Source of the DNA: Nitrospinota bacterium
Lineage (GTDB): Bacteria; Nitrospinota; Nitrospinia; Nitrospinales; VA-1
Assembly: GCA_038108555.1 (NCBI GenBank)
Contig: JAYNIA010000009.1
Span: 1 to 33,708, forward strand
DNA: 33,708 nucleotides
Reading direction: 5' to 3'
A program made the translations under genes and the position numbers. This document shows, piece after piece, positions 8,709-17,626 of this stretch (its first letter is position 1; each line of letters begins with the position of its first letter). The notes beneath the pieces were generated by a model, which was not told the DNA's origin, ran no database searches, and was given only the letters and a program-made list of their open reading frames with translations.

Positions 8709-9455
8709 CTAGAAATTCAAGCCATAAACAAAAATTCCATAGGCCAATACAAAAATGATTGGATTCAAACTGGCGAGCGCAATCAAACCGAAACCATCGA
8801 GAATAGGGTTCCTCCCTCGAATGGCTGTTGCCAAACCTACACCCAAAGCTGCTACAAGGGGAACGGTTATGGTAGAGGTAGTTATTCCCCCTGAGTCATA
8901 AGCGATTCCAATTATTTGTGGTGGAGCAAAAAAGGTGGTGATAACGATGAGGGAATACCCGCCAATGATAAACCAGATCAGGGGCCACCCTTTAATAATT
9001 CGCAACACACCCAAAGCGATGGCCATTCCCACTGAAAAAGCAACCGTAAACCTGAGGCCCAGTACAAAAGAGCCGATGGATTCCTCATTGTCCTGGATGG
9101 CTCCGGCACCGGCGGCGAGCCCTCCAGCCTTACCTGCTACCACGGTTAATGCGGGTTCCGCAATGGTGGTGGAAAACCCAAGAGCGAATCCAAAGAAAAT
9201 TATCCATAGGGCATTCCCTTTAATGGCAAATTCGTTTGCCATCTTTTCTCCAATGGGGAATAGGGCACTGTCCAATCCCAGAATAAAAACAAACAGACCA
9301 AAAACGACAAGCAAAACTCCCAATAATATTTGATCCAGATGCGGAAAAGGTTTTTGGATTATGACGATTTGGAAAAATGCAATTACAAGGATGATGGGGA
9401 ATACATCCATGAAGGCGGAAAAAATTTTTTGAAGGAGAGCTTTAGCTATAGCCAC
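8709..9455 (-). CDS. DUF1538-family membrane protein (subunit A)
   Basis: Paralog of the downstream gene: TTIAEPAL, AYDSGGITTSTITVP, GRNPILDGFGLIA. GTG start. Confidence 0.88.
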   Translation of the reverse strand: MAIAKALLQKIFSAFMDVFPIILVIAFFQIVIIQKPFPHLDQILLGVLLVVFGLFVFILGLDSALFPIGEKMANEFAIKGNALWIIFFGFALGFSTTIAEPALTVVAGKAGGLAAGAGAIQDNEESIGSFVLGLRFTVAFSVGMAIALGVLRIIKGWPLIWFIIGGYSLIVITTFFAPPQIIGIAYDSGGITTSTITVPLVAALGVGLATAIRGRNPILDGFGLIALASLNPIIFVLAYGIFVYGLNF

Positions 9456-9653
9456 CGGTAATTTTTAGAAAGAGTAATTTAGATAGTTGGCTTTTTCCAT
9501 ATTCAAAACGAGCTCAAAAAAAGATGCTTTGTTCCCGCAAGGTGTTAAAAATCAACCTTTGAGAGTATAACGGATAATTCTCAAAAAATCAGTTATTATG
9601 GTCTAATTATTTGGATATTGTAAAAAGATGGGAATGAACATAGCGGAGAATAT

Positions 9654-10196
9654 ATGAGTTCCGATGAAATGAACCAGGATGAATTTGACCAGGATGCTTT
9701 CAATAAAGAAATGCTGTTGGATATTTTTTATAACACCAAAGGTGGAATTGATGACATCAATGCCGCCATTGATAAAAAATTGTTTGGGACTCAAAAAAGA
9801 AGTATCACCATTTTTGAAAAATATATAAAAGCCCGATTAGCACTCAATCCAAAAACATTAAATTTAGCCGATCAGGAAATCACTCCCATAGAAGCTGCTT
9901 ATTTGAGCCAATACCCGGGTTTGGAAAATGTAGAAAAACTGGATCTAAGAAGAAACAAGATGGGGGATGAGGGGTTGGAGGTGCTTCTTGAATCAGAGAA
10001 AATTAAAAACCTTCGGGAGCTTGACCTTAGAAATAATCAAATAACGCGTCAGGGAATGATTTTGCTCACGAAAACCAAAAACCTGCTAAACCTCGAAAGT
10101 TTAGATTTAAGGGTAAACAAACTCGGAAAACGTTGGGAAGAGAAACTGAAAGACCAGGGTCACTTCCCAAAATTATCCCAATTAAGGATAGCCTGA
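9654..10196 (+). CDS. Leucine-rich-repeat protein (ribonuclease-inhibitor/RanGAP-like repeats)
   Basis: Repeats of about 27 aa: LNLADQEI, LDLRRNKMGDEG, LDLRNNQITRQG, LDLRVNKLG. Confidence 0.85.
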   Translation: MSSDEMNQDEFDQDAFNKEMLLDIFYNTKGGIDDINAAIDKKLFGTQKRSITIFEKYIKARLALNPKTLNLADQEITPIEAAYLSQYPGLENVEKLDLRRNKMGDEGLEVLLESEKIKNLRELDLRNNQITRQGMILLTKTKNLLNLESLDLRVNKLGKRWEEKLKDQGHFPKLSQLRIA

Positions 10197-10209
10197 CAAT
10201 TTGTCAGGC
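10191..10209. terminator. Possible terminator hairpin between convergent LRR and flgM genes
   Basis: Perfect inverted repeat GCCTGACAA-T-TTGTCAGGC spanning the LRR stop codon. No clear U-tract. Confidence 0.35.
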
Positions 10210-10234
10210 CCTTCCTTGATGGGGTTCCTTAAAC

Positions 10235-10546
10235 TTAAAGAGCTAGATGGTTTTTATTGTCACGGATATTTTGAACTATTTTATCCGCGATTTCATCTGC
10301 CTTGATCGAATAGTTGCCATCACGTAGAACATTGCGAAATTTATTCACTAAATCGTGACGTATTTCGCCTGTTACATTTTTGGACTCCTTGGTCGATGCC
10401 TGGCTCTTTGAAGTTTCAGAAAGGGTCACACGGTCTGCAGCGTTTCCGGAGTAATTTTCTCCCTTAACAGGATTTTTAACACCTCCGGATTCACCTTTGA
10501 CAGCGCTTCCTCTGTCTAATTTAATTGTAGGTTCTAGTTTGTTCAT
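10235..10546 (-). CDS. flgM: Anti-sigma28 factor FlgM
   Basis: DRVTLS motif and C-terminal IRHDLVNKFRNVLRDGNYSIKADEIADKIV. Lies 3 bp downstream of flagellin. Confidence 0.85.
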   Translation of the reverse strand: MNKLEPTIKLDRGSAVKGESGGVKNPVKGENYSGNAADRVTLSETSKSQASTKESKNVTGEIRHDLVNKFRNVLRDGNYSIKADEIADKIVQNIRDNKNHLAL

Positions 10547-10549
10547 AAT

Positions 10550-11407
10550 TTACTGGAGTAGCAATAAAACTCCCTCAGGTATTAAATTAGCCTGTCCTAC
10601 CATAGCGGCAGAAGTCTGTACTAACAAAAGCTGTTTTGTTAAACCTGTTACTTCCTGGGCCACATCAGCATCACGAATGGTGGAAGCCGCTGCTGTAAGA
10701 TTTTCAATATTCACCCCAAGGTTTTGAATCGCTCTTGTAAGCCTGTTTTGAGCTGCACCCACACGAGCACGGGCGCCACTTAAAGTATCTACTGCATTTT
10801 GAAGTTCAACCAAGGCTTCGCGTGCACCCTCCTTGGTACTGATATCAAGATTCTCGATTCCCAAACTGGTCGTGGTTGTCGCGGCCAGATTGAGGGTTTC
10901 ATTTAAATTGATTCGATTTTCTACACTTGAATCCAAACCAATATGGATGATGACATCCTCACCGGGAGCTCCGGATTCCAACGACCCATCCAAGAGTTTT
11001 TGACCTAAAAACTCATTGGTATTGGTAATACGGTTTATTTCCTGCTTGATGGCATCAAATTCGAGTTGCAGGGTTTGTCTTTCTGCATCTCCGATTGTTC
11101 CTGTAGAAGCCTGCGAAGCAAGTTCTCTGGAACGAATGAGAATTCCCGCCAAAATAGTCAGACCACCTTCTGCAACGTTATTGATTAATGACAATCCATC
11201 CTGCAAGTTTCTCAATCCCTGGCGATACGCACGCGCATCGGAACGCAAAGATTCTGAAATAGACAGACTGGCACCATCATCGGAACTGTTTTGAACACGT
11301 TCTCCTGAAGCAACCTTGCCTATGGCTTCTCCAAGATTGGCGTTGTTCCGGTCAAGACGGTTTTGGGCAATTTGTGAATTGAGATTATTGAAGATTCTGA
11401 GTGGCAT
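10550..11407 (-). CDS. fliC: Flagellin (short, essentially D0/D1 only)
   Basis: N-terminal ASGERVQNSSDDGASLSIS..RNLQDGLS; C-terminal RARVGAAQNRL..ENLTAAASTIRDADVAQE..QAN..P..VLLLLQ. Confidence 0.95.
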   Translation of the reverse strand: MPLRIFNNLNSQIAQNRLDRNNANLGEAIGKVASGERVQNSSDDGASLSISESLRSDARAYRQGLRNLQDGLSLINNVAEGGLTILAGILIRSRELASQASTGTIGDAERQTLQLEFDAIKQEINRITNTNEFLGQKLLDGSLESGAPGEDVIIHIGLDSSVENRINLNETLNLAATTTTSLGIENLDISTKEGAREALVELQNAVDTLSGARARVGAAQNRLTRAIQNLGVNIENLTAAASTIRDADVAQEVTGLTKQLLLVQTSAAMVGQANLIPEGVLLLLQ

Positions 11408-11517
11408 TCCATTTCCTCCCTGAAAGTGGAATATTTACGATTTGATTGGTGATCCATAAAGAAACCTCCAAGTTTCAATAAGTTATGGGCCAATCACTGA
11501 TGCGGCCTCCAAGCCGC
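11406..11517 (-). promoter_or_regulatory. Flagellin 5' leader with three GGA-loop hairpins (CsrA-type sites)
   Basis: On the minus strand: GCGGC-TTGGAG-GCCGC (11502-11517), GAAAC-TTGGAG-GTTTC (11461-11476), and ATTCCA-C-TTTC-AGGGAG-GAAA-TGGAAT (11406-11432), which covers the SD and start codon. Confidence 0.65.
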
Positions 11518-11526
11518 CTTAATTTA

Positions 11527-11553
11527 GTTACGGCGTAAATCGGGTTTTCTTGA
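11527..11553 (-). promoter_or_regulatory. Sigma28 (FliA)-like promoter of fliC-flgM
   Basis: Minus strand reads TCAA-N15-GCCGTAAC against consensus TAAA-N15-GCCGATAA. Spacer is exactly 15 nt and it sits directly upstream of the hairpin leader. Confidence 0.65.
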
Positions 11554-11656
11554 GTAAAAATATGAAATCTATTTAAAAATCAAACAAATGTTTACTTCTT
11601 GGTGATATATTTTGATTTTTATCCTTAAAAAAAATTTATAAAAAGGTGACAAAAAG

Positions 11657-11869
11657 ATGAAAGAAGAATTATTAAAAGTGGATGGGATGACTTGTGGGCA
11701 CTGTGTCGAAGTAGTTACTAATTCCTTAAAAACGATATCAGGCTTGAGCAGTGTGGAAGTGAATTTGGATAAAAAAGAGGTGGGTGTAAGTTATAACGAG
11801 GCTGAAACCAATATTAAGGAAATCTCAGATAAGATCGTTGAAGCAGGGTTTGAAGTGATGGATAGCTAG
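11657..11869 (+). CDS. copZ: Copper chaperone / heavy-metal-associated domain protein
   Basis: 70 aa, VDGMTCGHC motif, C-terminal IVEAGFEV. Confidence 0.9.
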   Translation: MKEELLKVDGMTCGHCVEVVTNSLKTISGLSSVEVNLDKKEVGVSYNEAETNIKEISDKIVEAGFEVMDS

Positions 11870-13020
11870 GAAACCAGTTTGCCAATCGTTATTTTCAGTA
11901 TTTCCTCTTTTCCCTCTCGGAATACTTTCACCATAACAACGCGTCCTATTTCGGTATTGGCAACCAGTTTTTGTAAAAGCTTTGAATTTGCAACAGGTTT
12001 TCCATCAAACTGAAAAATGATGTCTCCCCGTAAAATACCCCCTTCATGTGCAGGGGTATTCAGGTCAACGCTGTTAACAAGCACTCCGTCGGTATCTTTA
12101 AACCCCAGCGTAGTTGCAAGCTCCGGGGTAAGATTTTGTATACCGACACCCAGCCAGCCTCTGGACACGTTTCCATTTTTTACCAGCTCGTTGGCAATTT
12201 CCAATGCAGACTCGACGGGTATGGCAAAACCAACACCCGAACCTATGGCCGCAACACCGGTATTCACACCAATAATGTTTCCATCAAGATTTATTAATGG
12301 ACCTCCACTGTTGCCGGGATTGATCGAAGCATCTGTTTGAATAAAACTCTCAAAGCGGGTGATCCCTAAATCCGTTCTCCCTTTACCGCTTATTATTCCC
12401 ACGGTCACTGTGCCCTCAAGTCCGTATGGATTTCCAATTGCCATCACCCATTCCCCGACTTGGAGTTGTGTTGATGATCCAAACTGGGGCTCCGGCAAAC
12501 TTCGAAGTGTGGATATCTTTAAAACGGCTAAGTCTGTCAGAGAATCATGACCAAGGACTTTGGCAAAGTATTCGCGCCCGGTTGAAAGCTTGACGAGGAT
12601 TCTATCCAGTCCTTCGACAACATGGTTATTGGTCAAAATATAGCCATCGGAATCCAAAACGATTCCCGATCCCATACTTTCAACCACATATTTCCGGCCA
12701 CGAAGGTTTTTTGATATCCAGTTTTTTACTTTCAGATACCAGGGCATCACATTATGTGGATCAATTTCATACCAGGAAGATTCCTCGACGACCTCTTTGA
12801 CCTTGTTCACACTCACGACCGAAGGTCTTATGGCTTTCGCATTTTTTACAAAAGCCTTCTGTAAGGCCAACAGGCCCTCATAATCATTTGCATGTTTAAT
12901 TTTGTTGGCGATGGATTTAACAGGGGAGGGTGGGGTATAGGAAAAATGGGTGCGGGAATTAATAAAAGCCAGCATCAATAATATAAAGGTGGCTATGACT
13001 AATTTGGAATTATTATGCAT
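11866..13020 (-). CDS. HtrA/Do-family serine protease with N-terminal anchor/signal and a single PDZ domain
   Basis: Catalytic triad motifs TNNHVV, DLAVLK, INPGNSGGPL; PDZ RGWLGV..PA..GG..GD. Confidence 0.92.
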   Translation of the reverse strand: MHNNSKLVIATFILLMLAFINSRTHFSYTPPSPVKSIANKIKHANDYEGLLALQKAFVKNAKAIRPSVVSVNKVKEVVEESSWYEIDPHNVMPWYLKVKNWISKNLRGRKYVVESMGSGIVLDSDGYILTNNHVVEGLDRILVKLSTGREYFAKVLGHDSLTDLAVLKISTLRSLPEPQFGSSTQLQVGEWVMAIGNPYGLEGTVTVGIISGKGRTDLGITRFESFIQTDASINPGNSGGPLINLDGNIIGVNTGVAAIGSGVGFAIPVESALEIANELVKNGNVSRGWLGVGIQNLTPELATTLGFKDTDGVLVNSVDLNTPAHEGGILRGDIIFQFDGKPVANSKLLQKLVANTEIGRVVMVKVFREGKEEILKITIGKLVS

Positions 13021-13759
13021 TCTTCCTGCCTGTATATAGTGAAACTATTCCCAAAGTTAATGGTCGGGATGTAACTTCATTGAAACCCGAATCTTCAAGC
13101 ATGTTTTTAAAAGCCTCTCCCTGCGGGAAATTGGCCACGGATGCCGGTAAATAGGAATAGGCATTTTTATGGCCTGAAATTATGCGACCGGTCAAGGGCA
13201 ATATTTTTTCAAAATAAAAACGATATAGCCATTGCAGGACCCCATTTGCGGGAAAAGAAAACTCCAGTACCACGATTTTGCCATTGGGCTTAAGAATCCG
13301 ATGCATTTCCCTTAATCCCTGTTTTGCATCTGCAAAATTTCTTACCCCGAAAGCTGTTATTGTTCCATCAAACGTATGATCTTTTAAAGGAATATTTTCT
13401 GCCGATCCCGGAATCAGCTTGATTCCATTAAAAAGCTTTTGATTGGATATTTTTTTGTTTCCCAGCCGCAGCATGGACAGGCTGAAGTCCATCCCAATGA
13501 TCTGGGAAGGTTTGGGATCCCTTTTTCCAATCTCAAGGGCTATATCGGCGGTGCCTGTGGCTACATCCAAAAAAGATTTGTTGCCGACCGGACCAAACTC
13601 GCTGACGGCCACTTTTCTCCAATACCGGTCAAACCCGGCACTCAAAAGACGATTGAGCAAATCATACCTTGGAGCCACTGCATCGAACATGGCCTGGATT
13701 TGACTCGCTCCGCGCATAGGAAGTTCTGATTTTTCTGTTGCCAGCAATATTTTTCCCAA
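13013..13759 (-). CDS. ubiE: Demethylmenaquinone/ubiquinone C-methyltransferase
   Basis: MFDAVAPRYDLLNRLLSAG, LDVATGTADIA, AFGVRN, RILKPNG..LEFS, AYSYLPASV. True start may be a few codons downstream. Confidence 0.93.
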   Translation of the reverse strand: MGKILLATEKSELPMRGASQIQAMFDAVAPRYDLLNRLLSAGFDRYWRKVAVSEFGPVGNKSFLDVATGTADIALEIGKRDPKPSQIIGMDFSLSMLRLGNKKISNQKLFNGIKLIPGSAENIPLKDHTFDGTITAFGVRNFADAKQGLREMHRILKPNGKIVVLEFSFPANGVLQWLYRFYFEKILPLTGRIISGHKNAYSYLPASVANFPQGEAFKNMLEDSGFNEVTSRPLTLGIVSLYTGRKNA

Positions 13760-13873
13760 CCCATTGAAACTTATAGTTTATGTATGCAAAAATTCTAACA
13801 CCTGATGGAATAGGGTACAAGGAAGAAGGGGGATTCTCATAAAAAACAACCTATATTTATTTCGGAGAAACAT

Positions 13874-14416
13874 ATGAAAACGGTTCTCGTAGCCATTGCA
13901 CCGGGATTTGAAGAGATTGAAACCATTACCCCGGTAGATATTTTAAGAAGAGCCGGAGCCCGGGTCACTTTAGCTGGAACGATACCCGGAGTTCTGGAAG
14001 GTTCCCGGGGTGTCAAGGTGCAACCGGATGCGCTTCTGGACGATGTATTGAATCAGGAATTCGACTTGATCTGCCTGCCGGGAGGCCAACCGGGCACGGA
14101 TAATCTTAAAAAGGACCCGCGAATAGAAACGATCCTTAAAAGAATGAAGGATGAAGATAAACATATAGCCGCTATTTGCGCAGCCCCTCTGGTTCTTCAA
14201 AAGGCAGGAATTCTGGAAGACAAGTCCATGACCTGCCATCCTTCGGTTCAGGGAGAATTTGGCTCCTATATTAAAGATAGGGTTGTTGTTGACGAAAAGT
14301 TGGTCACCAGCCAAAGTCCGGGAACCGCTATGGAGTTTTCCCTGAAACTGGTTGAAATCCTCTTTGGAGAGGAACGGCTAAATAAGGTCAATGATGGCGT
14401 TTTGGCGCGAATTTGA
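13874..14416 (+). CDS. DJ-1/PfpI (YajL/ThiJ-like) family protein
   Basis: GFEEIE..DILRRAG, LPGGQPG, nucleophile motif AAICAAP, TSQSPGTAMEF. Confidence 0.92.
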   Translation: MKTVLVAIAPGFEEIETITPVDILRRAGARVTLAGTIPGVLEGSRGVKVQPDALLDDVLNQEFDLICLPGGQPGTDNLKKDPRIETILKRMKDEDKHIAAICAAPLVLQKAGILEDKSMTCHPSVQGEFGSYIKDRVVVDEKLVTSQSPGTAMEFSLKLVEILFGEERLNKVNDGVLARI

Positions 14417-14512
14417 CCGGTTTTCAATAATTTTGAAACTTTTCGGGTGGGGTAGCATCAAAAACGGGCAAATAGGCAATTTTTGCTATCTCATTTTAAT
14501 GGAAGCAGAATC

Positions 14513-14731
14513 ATGAATATTTCCCAAACGCAGTTTTTAATCAATAAAAGACGCATAAAACGGCGAATCAAGAAGAAAAAGCAAGCTGAAGAACGCTGTT
14601 ATCATTGTGGGGGTGCTTTCAAGGGGTCTGAGGAACACGAAAGCTGTATTATGTGCGGACGAGAAAAAGGGCATATCTGCGATACCTGTATGCATGTTCC
14701 TGAAGACAAAAAAGTCAAGCTGTCTGCCTAG
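14513..14731 (+). CDS. Small basic Cys/His-rich (zinc-ribbon-like) hypothetical protein
   Basis: ATG at 14513 with GGAAG upstream. KRRIKRRIKKKK followed by CYHC, CIMC and HICDTCMH. Confidence 0.65.
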   Translation: MNISQTQFLINKRRIKRRIKKKKQAEERCYHCGGAFKGSEEHESCIMCGREKGHICDTCMHVPEDKKVKLSA

Positions 14732-15603
14732 TTGTCCAGATACAAACCCGCTTTAAACACCAATCCGGCTTTCCCGCCAACCCGAATGAATGCCAATTCC
14801 CCAGATTCAATTTCAACAAAAATACTGCTGGGCCGTTTCATTTCGTATCCCTGTTCTATAAGAATCTCTTTCTCTTCAGGATTCTTCTCATTGAGATAAT
14901 AACCCAACGCACCCGCGACACTTCCGGTTGCCGGGTCTTCAGGTATTCCAATGAAAGGGGCAAATCCCCTTGCATGAATGGAATAGTTCGTGTGGACGGT
15001 CTGCCGTGTGAAGGGATAAACAATATCTACCTTCGCTTCTTCCAGAAGTTCTTTTAATAAAGGCTGGTTCAATTCAATCCGCTGTATGGCTCGTAATGAA
15101 TTCAATGGAACCAGTAACGCAGGGAATCCGGTAGAGGCTGTTTGCACTGGGAGGTCAGAGTCGATGTTGTTCACACTCAATCCCAACGCCTGCGCCACTC
15201 TTTCTTTATCAGGAAGGGTATCGACTATTTTACCCGGAGGCTGGGTCATAAATATTCTTCCATCCTCCTGAAGGTCAACAGGGATTAATCCCGATTTAAA
15301 TTTCAACCGCACCTGATTCTGGTCTGCGGGTATCAGGCCAGCATGTTTTAAAACGAAAGCCGTACCCAGGGTAGGGTGGCCGGCAAACGGAATCTCCTTT
15401 TCCGGTGTGAAGATTCTGACATCGAAGTCGGCCTCAGGAGAAGTGGCGGGATAAATAAAAGTGGTTTCGGATAAATTCATCTCCAAAGCCGCCTTCTGCA
15501 ATTGTTCTTCTTTGAAATCCTCACCGCGTAAAAACACCGCTAAGGGATTCCCACCAAACAACTCACTGGAAAATACGTCGACCTGGTAAAAAGGGGTTTC
15601 CAC
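14728..15603 (-). CDS. PhzF-family isomerase/epimerase
   Basis: YQVDVF..GGNPLAV, NLSETTF, RIFTPEKEIPFAGHPTLG, EDPATGS, EQGYEMKRPS. Confidence 0.92.
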   Translation of the reverse strand: METPFYQVDVFSSELFGGNPLAVFLRGEDFKEEQLQKAALEMNLSETTFIYPATSPEADFDVRIFTPEKEIPFAGHPTLGTAFVLKHAGLIPADQNQVRLKFKSGLIPVDLQEDGRIFMTQPPGKIVDTLPDKERVAQALGLSVNNIDSDLPVQTASTGFPALLVPLNSLRAIQRIELNQPLLKELLEEAKVDIVYPFTRQTVHTNYSIHARGFAPFIGIPEDPATGSVAGALGYYLNEKNPEEKEILIEQGYEMKRPSSIFVEIESGELAFIRVGGKAGLVFKAGLYLDN

Positions 15604-15613
15604 AATAAATTCC

Positions 15614-17506
15614 TTATGAAAGGTTCTTGTCCACCCAACGTTTTAACACATAAAGTGCCCAGGGACGTGACCATGCTGTTTTTTCATCCAAAAACTGCTG
15701 CCAGATGGTTTCGACAGCGGACTGGGATATCAAACCGTTTAAAGGTTCAACATTGGTGAGTAAAACCGATTCCATCTCTTCTTTCATGGAACCGCGCATC
15801 CACGGCTCGAAGGGCAGGGTGAATCCCATCTTCTTGCGATGAACTATGGAGTCGGGCAGGGGAGGGTCCATCGAATCCACCAGCAACGACTTGGGCGTTG
15901 CAGTTAGTTTTTTAAGTCCGGCAGCCATGCCAAACATGTACTCCACAAGCTTATGATCGATGAAGGGTACACGTACTTCCAATGGATGCGCCATGCTCAT
16001 CATGTCCGTGTCACGGAGAAGCATGTTCTGCAAATAATGGGTGATTTCCAGATAAGAAATGAGATTGAAATCTCCTTTGATATTGGATTGCTCGAATTTT
16101 TGCAGGAACAGGTTTGTGGACTCAATATTTTTCTGCGTTTCTGCATCAGCCAGACTTTTATCATGAAACAAATCCGCAACCTGATCCTGGCAGTACAAGG
16201 CGCGTATCAGATAAAACTCTTGCGCACCACTCAACTTGCCATTCAGCCAATGGTCGAGTTTGACGCATTGATCGGGAGGCAGAGAACCTTTCAGAATTCG
16301 GGTTCCCATATTCAAAAGGAATTTTGGATAGAACTTCATCCATCTTTTTCTTTCGAGTAATTTGGGAACCAGGTTGAAAGAGGGGTAGCCGCCAAACAAT
16401 TCATCACCGCCCAGTCCACTCAACACCACTTTGAGTCCTGCCTCGTGTGCTGCACGCGAAATCAGAAACGTATTGATCCCATCCATGGTTGGCTGATCCA
16501 TGGCACCCAAAGCATCAGGAAGGGAATCTAAAAGTTGTTGTTCATCGAGAGTTAAGAGCTGGTGCTTTGTTTTGTATATCTGGGATATCTCATTCGAGTA
16601 TTCCGACTCGTCAAATTCCTTTTCCTTAAATCCAATAGTGAGTGTGGTGATTGGATTTTCTGATATGCGCGCCATGTGGGAAACAATGGCACTTGAATCA
16701 ATACCGCCACTGAGAAACGCCCCGATCGGAACATCACTGACCTGACGGAACCTTACAGATTCCTGAAGGATGTTTTGTATGGATTCGCCGTTATTATCGG
16801 ACTCGGCAGCCGAGTCCAAGGGATGCCAATATTGGGTTTCTTTAATGGTTCCATCAGCTTCAACAATTAAATAATGTCCTGGCTTCAGTTCCTGAATGTC
16901 GTTGATGATGGACTCCGGAGACCTCAAATGCCCGAAAGAAAGATAGGAATAGATTCCCGTCGGATGGATCGATTTTTCGGAGTGACCAGAAGCCAGCAGG
17001 GCGCGCACCTCGGAAGCGAACAGGAACTGGTTTTCCTTTTTAATATAGTAAAGAGGTTTGATTCCCAGCCGGTCACGTGCCAGTACCAGTTGTTGTTTGT
17101 TCGCATCCCAGATCGCAAAGGCAAACATGCCTCTGAGTTTATCCAGACAATCCAGTCCCCAGTGCTCGTAGGATTTTAACAGCACCTCAGTATCAGACTG
17201 GGAACTGAAAGAAAATTTATTTGAAAGTTCTTCACGCAGTTCGCGAAAATTATAAATTTCACTGTTGGTGGAGATCCAAAGAGATTTGTCCTCATTGGCC
17301 ATCGGTTGATGGCCGCCGGGACTGAGATCGATGATGGAGAACCGCTGGTGTCCCAAATGCAGGGCGGGTCCGTTTTCTCCTTCAATCAGTTCTTCGCCAC
17401 GATCATCAGGGCCGCGATGACGAATACTATCCAGCATCATCCGCAAAACCCGTCCAGGATTCTCAGAGGGTTTGTCAAATTCAAGAAGACCGGCTATACC
17501 GCACAT
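15614..17506 (-). CDS. asnB: Asparagine synthase (glutamine-hydrolyzing) / AsnB-like amidotransferase
   Basis: N-terminal nucleophile MCGIAG, HRGPD, HQPM, SDTEV, ARDRLGIKPLYY, LSGGIDSS, LSGLGGDELFGGY, EVRVPF, RKKMGF. Confidence 0.93.
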   Translation of the reverse strand: MCGIAGLLEFDKPSENPGRVLRMMLDSIRHRGPDDRGEELIEGENGPALHLGHQRFSIIDLSPGGHQPMANEDKSLWISTNSEIYNFRELREELSNKFSFSSQSDTEVLLKSYEHWGLDCLDKLRGMFAFAIWDANKQQLVLARDRLGIKPLYYIKKENQFLFASEVRALLASGHSEKSIHPTGIYSYLSFGHLRSPESIINDIQELKPGHYLIVEADGTIKETQYWHPLDSAAESDNNGESIQNILQESVRFRQVSDVPIGAFLSGGIDSSAIVSHMARISENPITTLTIGFKEKEFDESEYSNEISQIYKTKHQLLTLDEQQLLDSLPDALGAMDQPTMDGINTFLISRAAHEAGLKVVLSGLGGDELFGGYPSFNLVPKLLERKRWMKFYPKFLLNMGTRILKGSLPPDQCVKLDHWLNGKLSGAQEFYLIRALYCQDQVADLFHDKSLADAETQKNIESTNLFLQKFEQSNIKGDFNLISYLEITHYLQNMLLRDTDMMSMAHPLEVRVPFIDHKLVEYMFGMAAGLKKLTATPKSLLVDSMDPPLPDSIVHRKKMGFTLPFEPWMRGSMKEEMESVLLTNVEPLNGLISQSAVETIWQQFLDEKTAWSRPWALYVLKRWVDKNLS

Positions 17507-17626
17507 AGTTAAATTAAAAGGATGAAGTGAAATGAAATGGTTTTAAATTTAACAATTATTTATTGATAAGGAAAAATTTTTGATATACCTTATTTAACCA
17601 AAAGCCTTTTTTAAGATGGATGAAAA

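Noticed and set aside
14460..14490. GGGCAAA and GG..TTGC as a c-di-GMP-I riboswitch or sigma54 promoter
   Set aside because: The remaining riboswitch consensus is absent, and GG-to-GC spacing is 8 nt rather than 10.
14660..14700. CDTCMH as a c-type heme attachment site
   Set aside because: The motif is CxxCxH rather than CxxCH and the protein has no export signal.
14728..17506. phzF-like next to asnB-like (PhzH is AsnB-like), plus a chorismate enzyme elsewhere, suggesting a phenazine cluster
   Set aside because: No phzA/B, phzD or phzG and no fused PhzE in the window. Both families are widespread in housekeeping contexts.
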